DNA of 63,002 nucleotides, counting the filler, from Octopus bimaculoides (lineage: Eukaryota), in the NCBI RefSeq assembly GCF_001194135.2. It is 5 parts of 4 records of this genome, joined end to end, with 100 filler letters (N's around TTAATTAATTAA, not from the genome) between each part and the next. Parts side by side here need not be neighbours in the genome. Positions count along the whole stretch, not along the records: positions 1 to 28,128 come from NC_068996.1; 4 more parts are not named here. One strand, written 5' to 3'. Every line of letters starts with the position of its first letter. Position 1 is the first letter of the stretch. Of the stretch, positions 9,401 through 21,444 are shown piece after piece. The translations under genes were made by a program, and so were the position numbers. The notes under the pieces were generated by a model. That model saw only the letters and a program-made list of their open reading frames with translations. It searched no databases and was not told the DNA's origin.

Positions 9401-12400
9401 AATCCAGCTTGCAAATTTGACGAATGCCCCAATAGAAGAGAAGAAGTGCGTTGAATAGCGCCGACACCGAAGCCATTGTTGTAATTTGCAGTTGAAGTGT
9501 AGAATTCATGTTCGGAGTTTCAGTAGGAATACAAATTCACATATGATACCTGGGTCGACGGAATGGTTACGGTTGGATCGCCGTTATTCATATATCCACC
9601 CAATAATGGCTGACTTATGACAAAGCAATAACAACACAAACAACAACAACGAGTCAGGGGATCGATCGATCTATCTGCTAAACATCACCCTTTCTATATA
9701 TAACCCTACCGCCTTCCAAACTAAGGAGAGTGTCGCTTCGCGATTGAATGACTTGCCTGAAATAGTAGCCAAATCTACCTCAAAGTATCATAACATGTCC
9801 ATCTTAGAAATGGACTCATAAGCTACTGTAGTCCTTCTTGAGTTCCGTGAGATGGTTACGGATGGAACTTTTGACAAGAAGTTTTTCTTTCTTTCTTTCT
9901 TTCTTTCTTCCTTTCTTTGGCGAGAAGTTCTATAAGGGCTGACCTGGGGGTTAGGCGACAACAACTATCACCTGCAACATCAACTACAGTAACAACAACT
10001 ATAACAAGATTAACAAGGACACTACTAACGGGATTTTCCACGTGGTGGCTCAACTTACTAGAAATAGCTGTCAACTCACCGTGAAAAAAAACACACCCTG
10101 CCGTCTCAAGTATGGGAAGGACATACTAGACAATATAGTCCTAAATATACTCCTCAAACAACAAAAATGAAACGGGATCGGCACGGCTAGAATGGCCTGT
10201 GATCATAAGCCTGCATGATCAGAGTTAACCACAGGTTAAACTAAAACACCAACAAATAGCTACAAGAATATCAACAACACTAATCCAGAGAGGTGGATTA
10301 TCGTAGCAGATGCCTTTGCTGCTGTTGCAATTGTTAGTAATATTTTCGAGTTCAAGTCCTGTCATGGCTTAATTTGGTGGAAGCGTTATATCTATCGCTT
10401 GGTTCAACACCAGCGACCACCTGGAGCGTTGAGTACCTTTGGGTAGATCCCTCTCAGTTGTAAATATTTAGGGTAGGTTTCCGGTTTGAAACAGCTTTCT
10501 TCCACCCTACTCCCTCATACAAGTCTCGGGGTCGCTGTAAAGCATTATGGGTACTGCCTTCCCTTTCTGTTTATAAGATTTTAAATAAAGTTTAAAAAAT
10601 GCAAAGACAACAAGAGCACTGACACCACAAACAGCAACAACATTAACCACAACACAAGCACCACAACCAACAACGACAGCAACAACAGGAATACCAGTGA
10701 CAGTACTGAAGAAAGAAAATAAGAAAACAAAACGAAATATGAAGAATATATCTCCTACCAACCCATCAAACATCAAGACGCTAAAAAAAAATATTGTTTT
10801 CTTTTCTTATTTAACGTTCATATTACTGACATCCAACGGTAAATGTTGCTCTGCAGCCTTTCTGGGGCTCTTTTGTATCTGTTGAAACGACACTCAATGA
10901 AACTTTAACTCCAACCAAAGGCTTACCTGTCAAAAAATAAAAAGAAATTAAAAAATGGAGAAGGAAAGAGAGAGAAAAAAGGGAGGGGGGAAGGCAACAC
11001 AAAAAAATAATAATAAAGAAAGGACAAAAAGAGCATCAGACCCCCAGTCTAAGTGCAAATGTAGACAATTGAAAGCCGAGTTTATGTTAAGCAGCAATTT
11101 GTTAGTTGCAGGTGATATGTGCAATAGGGACAACAGCTAAGAACAGTGCACGCATTGTTTATGAGTCATCGCAACTACCCAATTCTGTACTGGGTTCATT
11201 TCAAAAATAAATAAGTAAATAAGATTAGAAAACGTGGGAGGTGGGAGGAAGATAAAAACAAGGGCTGCCTGATGGCTTTTGTTGCTTCTTGCTGTTGTTG
11301 TTGTTGACATTGCACTTTTTTTTTTCTTCTAGAACTGTCTGGTGGTAAGCTAAACTGTCCCCGACTATAAATTATTCCATATCTTTTAAAACCCCTTTTT
11401 TTTTCTTTTTTTTTCTTTCCTATCCTGTCGTTTCCGTTTATCTTATTTTTACTTTATATTTTATTTTTCTTCTAAATTTTAAATGTTTGTTTGTTTGTTT
11501 GTTTTTCTATTTTAGTTTATATTTTATTTTATTTATAAAAAGTTAAGCCAGGACAAAGGAGAAGAAGCCTTTAGCAGTCTGTCAAGATAGTAAACCATAA
11601 ATTGAATCGGTGAATTGTGCACCCTGAGGTGCTCAATGAAACCCGCTGTGACTTCTGGTATGATTCATTGCTTCAGCTTTTTTNNNNNNNNNNNNNNNNN
11701 NNNNNNNNNNNNNNNNNNNNNNNNNNNNNNNNNNNNNNNNNNNNNNNNNNNNNNNNNNNNNNNNNNNNNNNNNNNNNNNNNNNNNNNNNNNNNNNNNNNN
11801 NNNNNNNNNNNNNNNNNNNNNNNNNNNNNNNNNNNNNNNNNNNNNNNNNNNNNNNNNNNNNNNNNNNNNNNNNNNNNNNNNNNNNNNNNNNNNNNNNNNN
11901 NNNNNNNNNNNNNNNNNNNNNNNNNNNNNNNNNNNNNNNNNNNNNNNNNNNNNNNNNNNNNNNNNNNNNNNNNNNNNNNNNNNNNNNNNNNNNNNNNNNN
12001 NNNNNNNNNNNNNNNNNNNNNNNNNNNNNNNNNNNNNNNNNNNNNNNNNNNNNNNNNNNNNNNNNNNNNNNNNNNNNNNNNNNNNNNNNNNNNNNNNNNN
12101 NNNNNNNNNNNNNNNNNNNNNNNNNNNNNNNNNNNNNNNNNNNNNNNNNNNNNNNNNNNNNNNNNNNNNNNNNNNNNNNNNNNNNNNNNNNNNNNNNNNN
12201 NNNNNNNNNNNNNNNNNNNNNNNNNNNNNNNNNNNNNNNNNNNNNNNNNNNNNNNNNNNNNNNNNNNNNNNNNNNNNNNNNNNNNNNNNNNNNNNNNNNN
12301 NNNTATATATATATATATATATATATATGAACTAATTATAGTTCTTAAATCTGACGGCAAGAAGTCAGGAGTACATTAGTGTAATGGTAACACACTTGTC

Positions 12401-12648
12401 GCGAAAACAAAGACCTTTGGAATCGATTCCCATGCGTACGGAAAACCCTATTCTTTTTCTGTCGAGGGCTTATATGCCCCAATATTGGGATATTTTCTTT
12501 AGTCATTACACAGTGATCGCTTATAAACTTTAAGCTTATAAAATAGCATTATTATCATTATTTACAGAATTGTAAAAATTGACACAGCTTACTACAAGCC
12601 ATCGCAGAAAAAATATATATTATATTATAATATCATATATATGAGTGT

Positions 12649-12680
<32 letters not shown>

Positions 12681-12864
12681 CATATATATTTAGATCCAAT
12701 AGAGGTAGAATCTACACAAAAAATCACTCCAACCGTAAGAGACGAATATCAATTTAATACACAACCGAGAGAGCTACTGACAGTTTCATGCTTTTATGAT
12801 ACTTTAACTAGGCATTTTTATATGGGTACGTATATGGGTATGTATGTATGTATGTATGTATATG

Positions 12865-12898
<34 letters not shown>

Positions 12899-14589
12899 TG
12901 TATGTATGTATGTATATGCTCCTCTAAATACGTATGTGGACCGAAACAGAATTACAAACCTACGATTGGTCCACCATATCATCGCAATGAATTTAGACAA
13001 GAACAATAACTCTAGCATAGAGTCAATAACCTCGCAAAAAAGACTGTGGAGACATTTTCTGGGAACAGAAAACCCTCATCTTTTAAAAACAGAAATCTGT
13101 TACTTTCAGCCACAATCGACGAAGAGAACAAACTGAAATTACGTCCCTTATTTTGGAAATGTCATAAGCGACATGCCTACTTATTCATTAATCCACACAT
13201 GGTTTTGAATATGGAAAATTACCCAAGGCCTTGAAAGCTGAATATCATCGTAAACTGGATCCTGGTTACTTAAATACGACTCTTTTCTTCTACTACAAAA
13301 CCTCTTTTAGCCGCAACACACACACACAAATGCGAACATTGAGATATTTTTAACGAAAGACTCGAAGTAACATGTGACCCCTTTTCTGCCCTTCTCTTCT
13401 TCTCACTTGTGTTATGCACATCAAACTTATCTTATAAATACATACATCAATATATTGTCATTTAAATTATAATACTAAAACATTTATTCTGTGAAAATGT
13501 ATTTTTGTATTTAAATTTTCATGCATATGAATACATAGAAACAAACTAATTTCTCTTTATGTTAGAAAGTTAAAACTTGTTTAAATCTTGTTTTAATTAT
13601 ACAAAAAAAATATATTCCTCCGTGGTGTTGTTTTGCATTTGTAATAAAATAAATATATACAAATTATAAAAATAATAAATAAAAAATATACAGTACAGAA
13701 CTGTTACTACTTCGCGGATTTTCACCTATCGGGTGGGGGTTGATTTGGAACGTAACACCAGCGACAGTCGAGGGATTACTGTATACGCATATGCACGTGC
13801 AGGTGTGTAACAAATTAAAAGACTATTTATACCCTGCTTTGCATATTGAGTTCTCTTTTACTTGTGAAAACCAAACGTACACAGACATGCACATACNNNN
13901 NNNNNNNNNNNNNNNNNNNNNNNNNNNNNNNNNNNNNNNNNNNNNNNNNNNNNNNNNNNNNNNNNNNNNNNNNNNNNNNNNNNNNNNNNNNNNNNNNNNN
14001 NNNNNNNNNNNNNNNNNNNNNNNNNNNNNNNNNNNNNNNNNNNNNNNNNNNNNNNNNNNNNNNNNNNNNNNNNNNNNNNNNNNNNNNNNNNNNNNNNNNN
14101 NNNNNNNNNNNNNNNNNNNNNNNNNNNNNNNNNNNNNNNNNNNNNNNNNNNNNNNNNNNNNNNNNNNNNNNNNNNNNNNNNNNNNNNNNNNNNNNNNNNN
14201 NNNNNNNNNNNNNNNNNNNNNNNNNNNNNNNNNNNNNNNNNNNNNNNNNNNNNNNNNNNNNNNNNNNNNNNNNNNNNNNNNNNNNNNNNNNNNNNNNNNN
14301 NNNNNNNNNNNNNNNNNNNNNNNNNNNNNNNNNNNNNNNNNNNNNNNNNNNNNNNNNNNNNNNNNNNNNNNNNNNNNNNNNNNNNNNNNNNNNNNNNNNN
14401 NNNNNNNNNNNNNNNNNNNNNNNNNNNNNNNNNNNNNNNNNNNNNNNNNNNNNNNNNNNNNNNNNNNNNNNNNNNNNNNNNNNNNNNNNNNNNNNNNNNN
14501 NNNNNNNNNNNNNNNNNNNNNNNNNNNNNNNNNNNNNNNNNNNNNNNNNNNNNNNNNNNNNNNNNNNNNNNNNNNNNNNNNNNNNNNNN

Positions 14590-14624
<35 letters not shown>

Positions 14625-14797
14625 GCATACACCTACATCACTCCTGTTCTCTACATTGACCTGCAATCATTGGATCTGTCCATTTAGTATATTCTGCCAG
14701 TCTAAAGCATTGGTTTATTGAGTGATGCTGACTTCATTTACCAATATTTTACAGCTAACTAATTCGAGGCAAGGATCACTCACGTTCAATTCTATAC

Positions 14798-15002
14798 ATT
14801 TTTCTATACATTGCGACCCAGGGCGAACGACTGCCATCTCTAGCGGACAGGTGTCCAGTACTGAGGAAGGGCAAATACCCTGAAACCAGCCTGGTGTACT
14901 GGTCCTATCAAATCGCTAGATGGTAAGAGTTCGCTCCCCTGCTCGCAATATATCGGACACAGGAAAGCGGTGAGCTGGCAGAAACGTTAGCACGCCGGGC
15001 GA
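14798..15002 (+). repeat. left arm of a 205-bp inverted duplication (hairpin element plus SINE B head)
   Basis: Reverse complement of 16130-16334 with only two mismatches seen (GCGACC vs GTGAGC). Confidence 0.95.
14855..14902 (+). ncRNA. type I hammerhead-ribozyme-like motif at the apex of a long hairpin
   Basis: CCAGTA-CTGAGGA-AGGG(CAAATA)CCCT-GAAA-CCAGCCTGG-T-G-TACTGG, with a 6-bp stem I, 4-bp stem II and near-palindromic stem III. Position 17 is G, which is non-canonical. Confidence 0.55.
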
Positions 15003-15280
15003 GAGACAAGGAACACCCTGTCCCTCTCTTCCATTTTATCGAGACATCGTGACGGAGGAAATTACCTGTGCAGTATAACTGAGAGCATACCTGACAAGGC
15101 TCTCTTCTAACGTACTCCAGCGCATAACTAGAGTCTTTGCNNNNNNNNNNGAATTAGCTTTATGTCTATATTTATAAGAATTCAAACAATAAAAGGAAAT
15201 GTAATATACATGAGTGTGTGCGTGTGTTTCTGCGTTTCTCTGTGTGTGTGAGTGTGTGTGTGTGTGTGTGTGTATGTGTG

Positions 15281-15317
<37 letters not shown>

Positions 15318-15320
<3 letters not shown>

Positions 15321-15580
15321 GGCATTGGCCTAGTAGTTAAGATTTTGCACGCACAATCACAAGGTCGTAGTTTCGATTCCCAGACTGTTCGTGCGTTATG
15401 TTCTTGATCAAAACACCACATTTCACGTTACTCCACTTCACTCAGTTGTGAATGGGTAACCCTATGACAGACTAGTGCTCCAGTATTGGCTTGGCTGCCA
15501 GTGGGGATGCATCGTCTGATAGCTATAACAATGCGAGGAAGCGCATTGTGACCAGTGGTTTATATCGACATTCGATAGTT
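15318..15580 (+). mobile_element. degenerate tRNA-headed CORE-like SINE
   Basis: A-box-like TGGCCTAGTAGTTAAG and B-box-like GTTTCGATTCCC, then a C/D-like core TGTTCTTGATCAAAACAC...CACTCAGTTGTGAATGGG. Confidence 0.6.
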
Positions 15581-15734
15581 TGTGCGTTGATATATATATA
15601 CATATATATATTGAAAATTAATGTTTGTAGTCACTTCAACATGGCTGTTCAGTATGGAACAACGTAACTACTCTATTTTGAACCGAGGAGAACACCTTCT
15701 CCAGCTGGTTAACAACACAACCAGTGTCCGATAC

Positions 15735-16166
15735 ATTCTTTTCTACTCTAAGCACGAGGCCCGAAATTTTTGTGGTGGAAGCAAGTCGATTATATCGACC
15801 CCAGTACGCAACTGGTACTTGATTTACCGACCCCGAAAGGATGAAAGGCAAAGTCGAGCTCGGCGAAATTTGAACTCAGAACGTAAAGACAGACGAAATA
15901 CCGCTCAGCATTTCGCCCGGTGTGCTAACGTTTCTTATTTCTTTATTGCCCACAAGGGGCTAAACATAGAGGGGACAAACAAGGACAGGCAAAGGGATTA
16001 AGTCGATTACATCGACCCCAGTGCGTAACTGGTACTTAATTTATCGACCCCGAAAGGATGAAAGGCGAAGTAGACCTCGGTAGAATTTGAACTCAGAACG
16101 TAACGGCAGACAAAATACCGCTAAGCACTTCGCCCGGCGTGCTAACGTTTCTGCCAGCTCACCGCT
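15735..16166 (-). mobile_element. two tandem SINE family B copies (15735-15934 and 15932-16166)
   Basis: Each has head GGTGAGCTGGCAGAAACGTTAGCAC..GTTCTGAGTTCAAATT and core GTCGACTTTGCCTTTCATCCTTTCGGGGTCGATAAA.TAAGTACCAG; the two 3' tails differ. Confidence 0.88.
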
Positions 16167-16334
16167 TTCCTGTGTCCGATATATTGCGAGCAGGGGAGCG
16201 AACTCTTACCATCTAGCGATTTGATAGGACCAGTACACCAGGCTGGTTTCAGGGTATTTGCCCTTCCTCAGTACTGGACACCTGTCCGCTAGAGATGGCA
16301 GTCGTTCGCCCTGGCTCACAATGTATAGAAAAAT
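16130..16334 (-). repeat. right arm of the 205-bp inverted duplication
   Basis: Reverse complement of 14798-15002. Confidence 0.95.
16230..16277 (-). ncRNA. second copy of the hammerhead-like motif
   Basis: Exact reverse complement of 14855-14902. Confidence 0.55.
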
Positions 16335-16350
16335 AAGCCGCTGGTTTTGC

Positions 16351-16569
16351 AGCAAGTAAAGTTACTAATTCTAAAATCTCTATAAGAGATGCAAGTAGTA
16401 ACAATACTGAAAAGTAATATTTGTTACCACTTCAACATGGCTGTTCCGTACGGAGCGACGTTTCTCTGTACAGAACAGTCATGTTGAAATGGCGACAAGC
16501 ATTACTTTTTCAGTATTTTTACTACTTGCACTTCTTATACAGACTTTAGAATTAGCTATTTTGCTTGCT
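16351..16569. mobile_element. fold-back MITE-like element (~220 bp)
   Basis: Imperfect ~100-bp arms (16351-16451 vs 16468-16569; e.g. CACTTCAACATGGCTGTTCCGTAC / GTACAGAACAGTCATGTTGAAATG). A partial homolog lies at 15622-15666. No clear TSD. Confidence 0.65.
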
Positions 16570-16712
16570 ATATATTACTTTGCTGCTAAAAGGTAAAGGC
16601 ACTCTTTGTATTTCCATAAATTTCAGTTTGAGATTTTCTGATCATTAATTTCTTAGCAAATCTATCCAGTTTATCTGTTCATATTTCTTGCCATCTTGTG
16701 GTTCATTTGCGG

Positions 16713-16752
<40 letters not shown>

Positions 16753-17384
16753 GTATGTGTATATATATATATATACACACACACACTAAGGTTTTAGTCT
16801 GATTGATCTTTCTTTCACTATTCTTATTCATTCTCTGAACGTGTGTCGCTTAATTCCGCCAGAACGAATTTTGTGTATTTAATAATATGATTTAGTTTCG
16901 TTCATTCTCGGGACAATTTCATTGTTTAAACTTCCTTCTGTGTTATCCCAAGCATAATGTGTTTCTAAACATGCTAAGCTCTTCTTTTGTATGTTAACTC
17001 CTTGTTTCTGTACCTCAAAAAATTTTGGAATAATGCATTGGTTATAAACCGTATTTTAAAGCTTAGACGAATTCTGCTTTTTAAAATGGAACTAGCTTCC
17101 CCCAAGGCCCGATATCCTAAAATAATTCGCCGTTTATTTCTTCTCTTTGAATTAGTTGTGTTGTTACGAGTTGGTTAACTTTAGTGTGGCCGGTTACTTT
17201 TAAACAGCCTGTTTCTTCAACATGACATGGGGAACTTCATCAATCAGTTTACTGAACATTAGTTACCCGATTTTGGTCTTCGCATTAATTCTTAGTTCAA
17301 CTACGTTGTTTTCTGTATTTAGTCGTCCCAAAATAGTTTGAAGTTCGGCCTGATCTTCTGACACGTGTACTATGCTGAGAGCAA

Positions 17385-17412
17385 CAGCAGCAGCAGCAGC
17401 GGCAGCAGCAGC

Positions 17413-17448
<36 letters not shown>
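17385..17448. repeat. (CAG)n repeat
   Basis: About 20 CAG/CGG units, with no flanking ORF support. Confidence 0.95.
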
Positions 17449-17661
17449 TCAATAAAATTAACAAGCGGTCCATTAGTTTACTTTCCTAAGTTCTGCTATT
17501 CTTACAGATCTGGAAAAGCTATCCAGAACTCATTCGGTAATTAGAATAAAGTCCCTTTCCTTCTGGATATTTGATCCAGACTCTGGCTCAGAATAGAGGA
17601 TGTGTGTGTTTGTTTATGCATAGGTGGGTTGGTTGGCGTGTGTATATGTGACAGCAGTGCA

Positions 17662-17727
<66 letters not shown>

Positions 17728-17879
17728 TATACACACATATATATTTATTTATACATACATTGTATACACATATATCTGTATATGTAAGTATATATACATA
17801 CACACATTCATATATCTGTATATATAAGTGTGTTGTGTGTATGTGTGTGTGTGTGTGTTTATGTATTTACATAAGTATG

Positions 17880-18005
17880 TATGTATGGATGGATGGATGG
17901 ATGCATGGATGGATGCATGGATGGATGCATGGATGGATGCATGGATGGATGCATGGATGGATGGATGCATGGATGGATGCATGGATGGATGCATGGATAC
18001 ATGGA
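17880..18005. repeat. (GATGCATGGATG)n 12-bp minisatellite
   Basis: Repeated TGGATGGATGCA units. Confidence 0.9.
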
Positions 18006-18280
18006 TGTACGTATGTATACGCGAGTTTGCTTAAATTGATATAGCGGAGTAAATCCTGAATATATATTGTATCATGATTATAACAGGAGCACAGAAGATG
18101 AAGAACATTGGGGCGAACACTCAGACGCACTAACAGAACTAAGAATGCGATTGGTTGGTTGTTCGCGTTTTGCAGTAATCAGTGAACCTGACATTAGTAC
18201 ACCAGGGAACTTCCATTTGTTGGTAACGCATACTACGTTAAAAAAATGAAGTAAAACGGAGATGAATTGTTGATGTTCCA

Positions 18281-18595
18281 TGGGCTCACAATCACGAGGT
18301 AGTGAGCTCGAATCCCGGATCGGGCTGTGTGTTGTGTCCTTGAGCAAGACACTTTATTTCACATTGCTCCAGTTCATTCAGTTGTAGAAATGAGTTGTGA
18401 TGTCACTGGTGCCAAGCTGTATCGGCCCTTTTGCCTTTCCCTTGGATAACATCAGTGATATGGAGAGGGGAGGCTGGTATGCATGGACAACTGATGGCCT
18501 TCCATAAAAAACCATGCCCGGACTTGTGCCTCTGATGAGGACTTTCTGGGTGCAATCCCATGGTCATTCATGGCCGAAGGGATTCTTTATCCTTT
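18281..18595 (+). mobile_element. SINE family C, 5'-truncated
   Basis: Colinear with 680-990 throughout. Confidence 0.85.
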
Positions 18596-21444
18596 ACCCA
18601 CGGGTGTGTACAACGGCGCCGAATCTTACGACATTACTAGGATTTCTTACGTTTTGTATGAAGGATATCCTACAGCAACGGCTTTTTAGCCACGCACAAC
18701 AGAAAAATCATATATTAGATCTTTCATCTTAATTTTAGTATAGTATTTTTGTACTAACTTATATTTAGTCACAAACATTTTTTTACCCCACAGGAAATCT
18801 AATATGAGATTACTTTTTTATAAGCAATAACTCTGACCAACATTTTATATTCTGCGAAATTTAATGCGTAATATTAATAAAGGTATATCAGCGTTTCTTT
18901 AAAATGAGACATTTATTAATGCTTATCGTGATTATATTGAGATACCGTGACCTTGTACCTGTACAAGAAATTATTATTATAAAGAGGTCCTTCGCTGTGG
19001 CAGCTTTTCAGATAAAATGCAAAACATAATCTTATCTGGCTTTCCAAAACATAAAGCTGGACCAAAAGGATTTTGAGTTATGACACAAATTTAGTTTAAA
19101 TGGAAAAGATCTAGTAACGCTAAAGATTTCTAAATTTAATTTATTTTTATCTCCTGACAAATCATAGATATCTTAAGATATTTAACAGAATTCAATTAAG
19201 TTTAGCTATTCTTTTTTTTTTTTTTTTTTTTTTTTGAAATATTCAAAAACTGAATTACCCATTTTAATTCTAAATACCTTCAGTGCATCAATAATATAGT
19301 CTCTTTCTCTACATATAAATGTATTGTTCTAAACAAGTGTCCCCTCTCAAAGGGACAGCTAAACAATAATAGAATGCCAAAAACTTACGTTGAATTGAGA
19401 GACTGAGAATAAATTTTAAAGCTCGGTTTTAACAACACACTCACACATAAAGAATCTGAATAAGACATTTTTGACAAGCCGATCCGAGTATATTTGGATT
19501 TTAAAAGAAACAACCCCGATTGCGCTCAAAATCAACTGATTTGCTATAGAACAATCCTTGTCATGTGCATATAGTAGTTTTCGATCGAACCTGCTTCGTA
19601 AATTGTGCTTAATAGGGAAATATTAACCTATTTCAAGTATTGTGATGCCCGAAAAATTGCGATCATGTAGACAGGCTTCAAAATATTTACTCTATATCTC
19701 CTGACGGATAGCATCGAGGATTTTTAGAGCCATGTGATCCTTGTGTTTCTATTCTATTTCTTAATTTAATATCTTAGTTATTTCTTCTCTTAAGTATTTT
19801 ACTCATCCATAATTATGAATTTGCCTTGAGTGTATACTCGTTTATATATATATGTCTCTGTGTGTGTATACACTCTTTCCATTAAAAAGATGTATATACT
19901 TTCATATACATAATTATGTTGTTTCTTTTTGTATGTTAAATTCCCATTTCACTCACTTTATTTTTCAAAAGCGGTTATTTTGTCAATGAGTAGCCCCTTA
20001 TTTATTTATTTATTTTATTTATTTATTTATTTCATTTTGTCGAATCAAAGCTTGTCATATTTCAATATCGCCACCTTATGACAATCAAATGACGTTTTAT
20101 CATCAATGTTTTATGTTTGTTCGAAGATAGGAAACGAAAACTTCGGAGTATATAATATAAGTAACAGGGAATTGACACTTCACAGATCGTTACTGACTGG
20201 ATGGATGTTGATAAGTGTTGTGTAGATTGACCTTAGGAGGGTCTTCTAGATTGACTATTCTTTTCTGTTTTCGGAGGTCAATATATAAAATACCAGCCAA
20301 CAGTGAAGGATTGTAGTCGTATAACCGACAGTCAGCTCCAGTCAATAAATGTAACCTTGGAGATATTATGCCTGCTAGAAAACGTTATTATTTTCGTATT
20401 TAAGCTACGTAATCACTTACTCAGGCCGATTACATAAATTCCGGCTGTTAAAAAGTTTATTGAAATATTTGTAGAAAAGATTATTTGGCGGAAGGGTATA
20501 GATAACTAATAGATAACTTTTCCCATCGTCAGTAAATGAGCAGGTAATAAAAAGGTTTCAGCGATGTCAACCAACAATACAGTTGACTTTAAAAAAATGC
20601 AGAATTCGCGGACGGTAGCCATAACTCATGTGGTAGCGATAAGGCTAACGTTGTCTGCTTCTTCAATGAATACACTTTTAAAAGCCAAAGGAAAGCGTGT
20701 TTTCGTTTTCTGTTTGTTCTGAGTGTTTCTGGTTTTCTTTTTTGTTTTGTTTTTTGGTTTGTTTGTTTGTTGTTTTTTTTTTTGTTAATTTCAAGGAACA
20801 GCATATACTAAGTATAGAAACACTGACTCCAATAACAACAACGAATGCTGCCCAACTGTGAGGCTGAAAGCGGTACAGGTGCCATCAATAACAGCTGCAC
20901 GCTATCAACAAAGGAGACCCTACGTGCTTGCTCAACCTGCTAGGAATAACAACAAAGTTTCCTTTGAATTCCACCCGGCCATCTTCAATATATCATACAC
21001 TACATACGCTAACAGAACTAAATGCTGATTATCTGAATAAAAGACGGGATAATTATGCCTGGAACGTATATGATCATAGATCTGTTTAATCAAGACTGGC
21101 ACAGGTTTTACAGCACAACAATGACAACAGTAGCAGCATTGATAATTTCACGCCCAGTATCTTGTTGAATTCAAGATTAAGGGTTTTTGCCAAGGTACTT
21201 GGCAAAAATCAGCAAAGTTGTAGGTACGGTACATACATGAGCAATTCCTCGATAGATCTATCCTCGCCAACATCAGACTCGGAAATATTCAATTGATCGT
21301 TTAAGATATAGTTGAAAATTGAAAGGGACTTGAAACTGTACCTTTAATATAAATTTGTTTGTTCTTTCTTTTGCATTATGGTAGAAATAAGCTGAGCTAT
21401 CATATTTGATAAGCTGAAAAGGTTTTGATATTATCACAGGTCAA

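Noticed and set aside
17385-17448. Poly-Q coding exon
   Set aside because: There is no surrounding open frame or splice context.
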